Part shown: one piece after another, positions 60,890 through 64,000 of the stretch
Layout of the letters: every line of letters starts with the position of its first letter
Numbering within the stretch: the stretch's first letter is position 1
Source: Dendrobates tinctorius
Taxonomy: Eukaryota
DNA length: 64,000 nucleotides
NCBI RefSeq assembly: GCF_039654945.1
Contig: NW_027361788.1
Coordinates: 26,288,001 to 26,352,000, forward strand
Reading direction: 5' to 3'
Notes under the pieces: model-generated
Told to the model about the DNA's origin: nothing
The model's database searches: none
What the model saw: only the letters and a program-made list of their open reading frames with translations
Made by a program: the position numbers and the translations under genes

Positions 60890-63167
60890 TCAGCGTTCTT
60901 ACAACTTCAGATTATACTGACATACATTTGGAAGCCGTGTTGTGAGACAAAAAAAGTGACATGGATTCCATGGTGCAGAAATATGTTGGATAGCTACACA
61001 CAGATTAGTCCCATTAAATAGGCCTTGACCATGTGTAAACATATGAGCGCTCAAACAGCAAAAATGGCTTGATGTCAGAGGTCCCTCCGGTATGTCTGTT
61101 CTCATTCCACTGCATAAACTCCACAATGTGAACAATCATACTTTCAGTACTTCACATTTTTAAGAGTTTTAATGCTGTCAGTAAATGAAAACTCATACAA
61201 GCCTGATCCTTTTCCCAGCAGTAAGCAGGGTATAATGATCGATAACATGAGGGTTTTTTTCCTAAACTTACCCTGCAGCACCTGTCAGCAGAAGACACAC
61301 TTCTGTTTATGGTCTCTCTCGAGCTGACGGACATCACAAAAATCTGAGTCATCAAAACTGCGTTATAGGTGAAGCTGGTCAAGCAGAATTAAATACTGAC
61401 ATTTTCTGGGACAGATCATACGACATCAATACCAAAGGAAACTGCCCTAAAATGGATCTAAATGAGAGATATATCTAAAAGGTCATGGGAAAACAGGACC
61501 ATATATAATGAAACAATAATATGTTTATTTTTTTCTTACTACCCAATAAATAGACTAATGAAATATTATATTGAATCTTCCTTTTTTTTATCAATATAGT
61601 TCACACCCCTATTATCGCTTAGGTCCCAATCTGGCAACCAAAATTTAATTATTTTTCTCTGGCATGGTGGTGAAACACCCAGGGGAAACTAATGGCAAGA
61701 ACAGAAGCCATAGTTTTCTATAAGATTATACCCAGCATCTGGGCCTGAATCAAAAAAATGTTACATTCAGTGTGTATCTATTTGGCTATAAATTGCGGAC
61801 CAATGCACGATTCCGTCATCATTTGTGTCGGGCTAAGTTAGAAAAAAACCAACGAAGCTTCATATTCCCAGTGCCAGATAATCTTCAGAGGAAATTATAT
61901 GGAGGAAGGTGGAGTTGGGGGCACTTGGGCATATGCCATGAATGGTGATGGTATCAATAATCCACTTTTGTGGCATTTTGACTCAGGGCTTTTGTCTGTT
62001 ATTGTATCTCAGCTCCATTGAAGTGAATGGTGCTTGGCTGGAATACTGCACACAACCTGTAGACCGTTGTGAAGTTGTCTCGGAAAAGGAAAAAATAAAA
62101 TAACCCAACCATGTTTTTCTAATTTTGTACTTAAGACAAATTTATATAGTACACTCTTGAAGATATACTTGATCCCATGTCGCAGTTTTCCAGTAGATAC
62201 ATAAAGACACCTGTCATAATGACTGACACGCTAATTGGTCCACATGTAGCAACATCTAGAAAGACTTTTCACAACCCCACTCAGTAGGTCTCATAACACA
62301 GTGATGTATAGCAGCGAACACTCCCTGGAAAGTGACTTCTCGCCCCACAGGTCTCCCATTTGCTACTATAAGCGTATCGACTCCCTTCAGACATCGCCTT
62401 TGGTCTTGGAGGAGAGGGGGAGCCCATGCTCCATATTAAAGTGAAGGAATGGGATTTAAAATAACAGAAAGGTCTCATTATAAGAAGAAGCGGATACCAG
62501 TGAATTAAAGACTTAGTGTGAGCTGTCATCACCAGAGAGGTCTCCCTCCTTCATGCAGGATGTAACATGTTTGTAAGAGAAGCCGACACTCTCCTAAGAT
62601 GTCTACTGCAAACTAGAAGTGTAGCAAGTTCTAGAAAAGGAAACTGTCCATATCAATTAATATTCTTTATGGAGTCTGATGTTTAAAGCATCACACTGTT
62701 TCTTATTCTCAATATGTTTGGGCCACAGTTTAACATTAGATAATGGCATCAGTGGGTGAGAACACTGGTCCTGGTGCTCAGGGAGACTTTGTGCTTTAAT
62801 GCAAATATTTTTTAATTTGCTGGAATCTCCTAAAGGTCAATTAGACCCATTAAAGTGAATTTGTCACTAGGATAGACTCTCCTAAGCCATTTATATGAAA
62901 GTCATTGACAGTTGAATAAAATTATACCTTGATATCTGCAATCTGAAGTCTTATTCCAGAAAAATCAACATTTTTCTTAATATGTAAATGAGCTATTAAG
63001 ATCTATGGGTGGAACATAGATCTCCCGGAGAATCTGACTCCAGGGGGCAGACTGTCAGGAATTACATGTCTCACGCTGGTAACGTTCCCTTTCATTTAAA
63101 ATAATCTGTGGAGGCAGATTCTCTGGAAGATCTGTGCCCTGCCCATAGATCATAACATCTCACTTTT

Positions 63168-64000
63168 AGACCATTGAACCCATAGCTTTTGTACACTTCG
63201 AGCCGTATCCCTGGCCAAGTGGGTCTCGACCAGAGCCACAATATGAGGGTGATAGTGCCTAATTTGTGAAAATACTTTAATCTTTTTCCGGGGGGCTTTG
63301 ATACCCCTCACATTCCACATAATGCAGATTAATTCAGAACCCATCTCCACTTATCTGGGCATGTTGCGTATCGGTGCCTAAGTAGAACTCAGACATCACG
63401 CAAATAGTAGGACTTCCATTGGCTGCAACCTCTATCTAAGTAACTCTGAAAGCTAAAACTAAAGCTTTTAGAAAAAAAGTCAACAAAATATAAACCTAGT
63501 AACATAGGAGCAAAGTCCCGCTCCTTTATCAAAAAACAAGGGGATACCATCACTGAAAACAGTGTCCGGTATTATAGATCTCTGGGTGTCCGCCAGGAGA
63601 GCGCCGATGAAGCCCGCAATGAAGGGATCCAGATGAAAATAGATACTCTAGGACTCCTTTGCAGGGGATCCTCTATGGGACCGCAGCCACTCGACAGCCT
63701 CCGCTGGATCCGTGAAAAACACGGAGGAACCCCCGTGGACAACCCGAAGCCGAGCTGGATAAATCATGGAATATACAATGTTCTTTTCCCTGAGCCTCTT
63801 CTTGATGTCGATAAATTGCGCATGCTGCTTCTGAAGTTCCATGGAGAAATCCGGGAAGATTGAAATCACGGCGTCGTTGAACTTGATGGGGCTCTTTTGT
63901 CGTGCGAGGCGTAGAATGGTGTCTCTATACTTGCAGTTGAGGAGACGCGCCAGGAAGGGTCTAGGCGGGGCTCCCGGAGGCAGAGGCTTGGTGGGAACTC
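63168..64000 (-). mobile_element. L1 LINE: ORF1 C-terminus (63648 to window end), spacer, and first ~60 codons of ORF2 endonuclease (to 63344)
   Basis: PPRPFLARLLN...ISIFPDFSMELQK...YSMIYPARLRV (ORF1p RRM/CTD); WNVRGI...IVALVETHL (APE motifs I-II). Confidence 0.9.

Noticed and set aside
43220-64000. Further collagen exons
   Set aside because: I found no Gly-X-Y stretch with splice sites on the minus strand; a short exon could have been missed by eye

Overview
Vertebrate genomic DNA, very likely from a frog (inferred from T2/Kolobok-type MITEs, a V-SINE, DIRS, Penelope remnants and the Tc1 families present). The window lies inside a fibrillar collagen gene on the minus strand. Nine GT-AG, phase-0 Gly-X-Y exons of 45/54/108 bp follow, in order, the COL27A1 triple helix as I recall it. 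The introns are hugely expanded by nested transposable elements: Tc1/mariner copies of three catalytic classes (DD34E, DD35E, DD36E; three intact ORFs), a full-length decayed DIRS element with four nested insertions, a Helitron, L1 and L2 fragments, many palindromic MITEs and a 5.5-kb 33-bp minisatellite. The standout is a young (LTRs about 99% identical), non-autonomous Gypsy-type LTR element at 9082-13884. It has no recognisable RT or integrase and instead carries an intron-less, strongly diverged copy of a fragile-X-family RNA-binding gene (FXR1-like KH0 + KH2 + NES; no Agenet domains, KH1 deleted), downstream of a dead protease and an unidentified coiled-coil segment. All family assignments are from remembered sequences and motifs; no database search was run.
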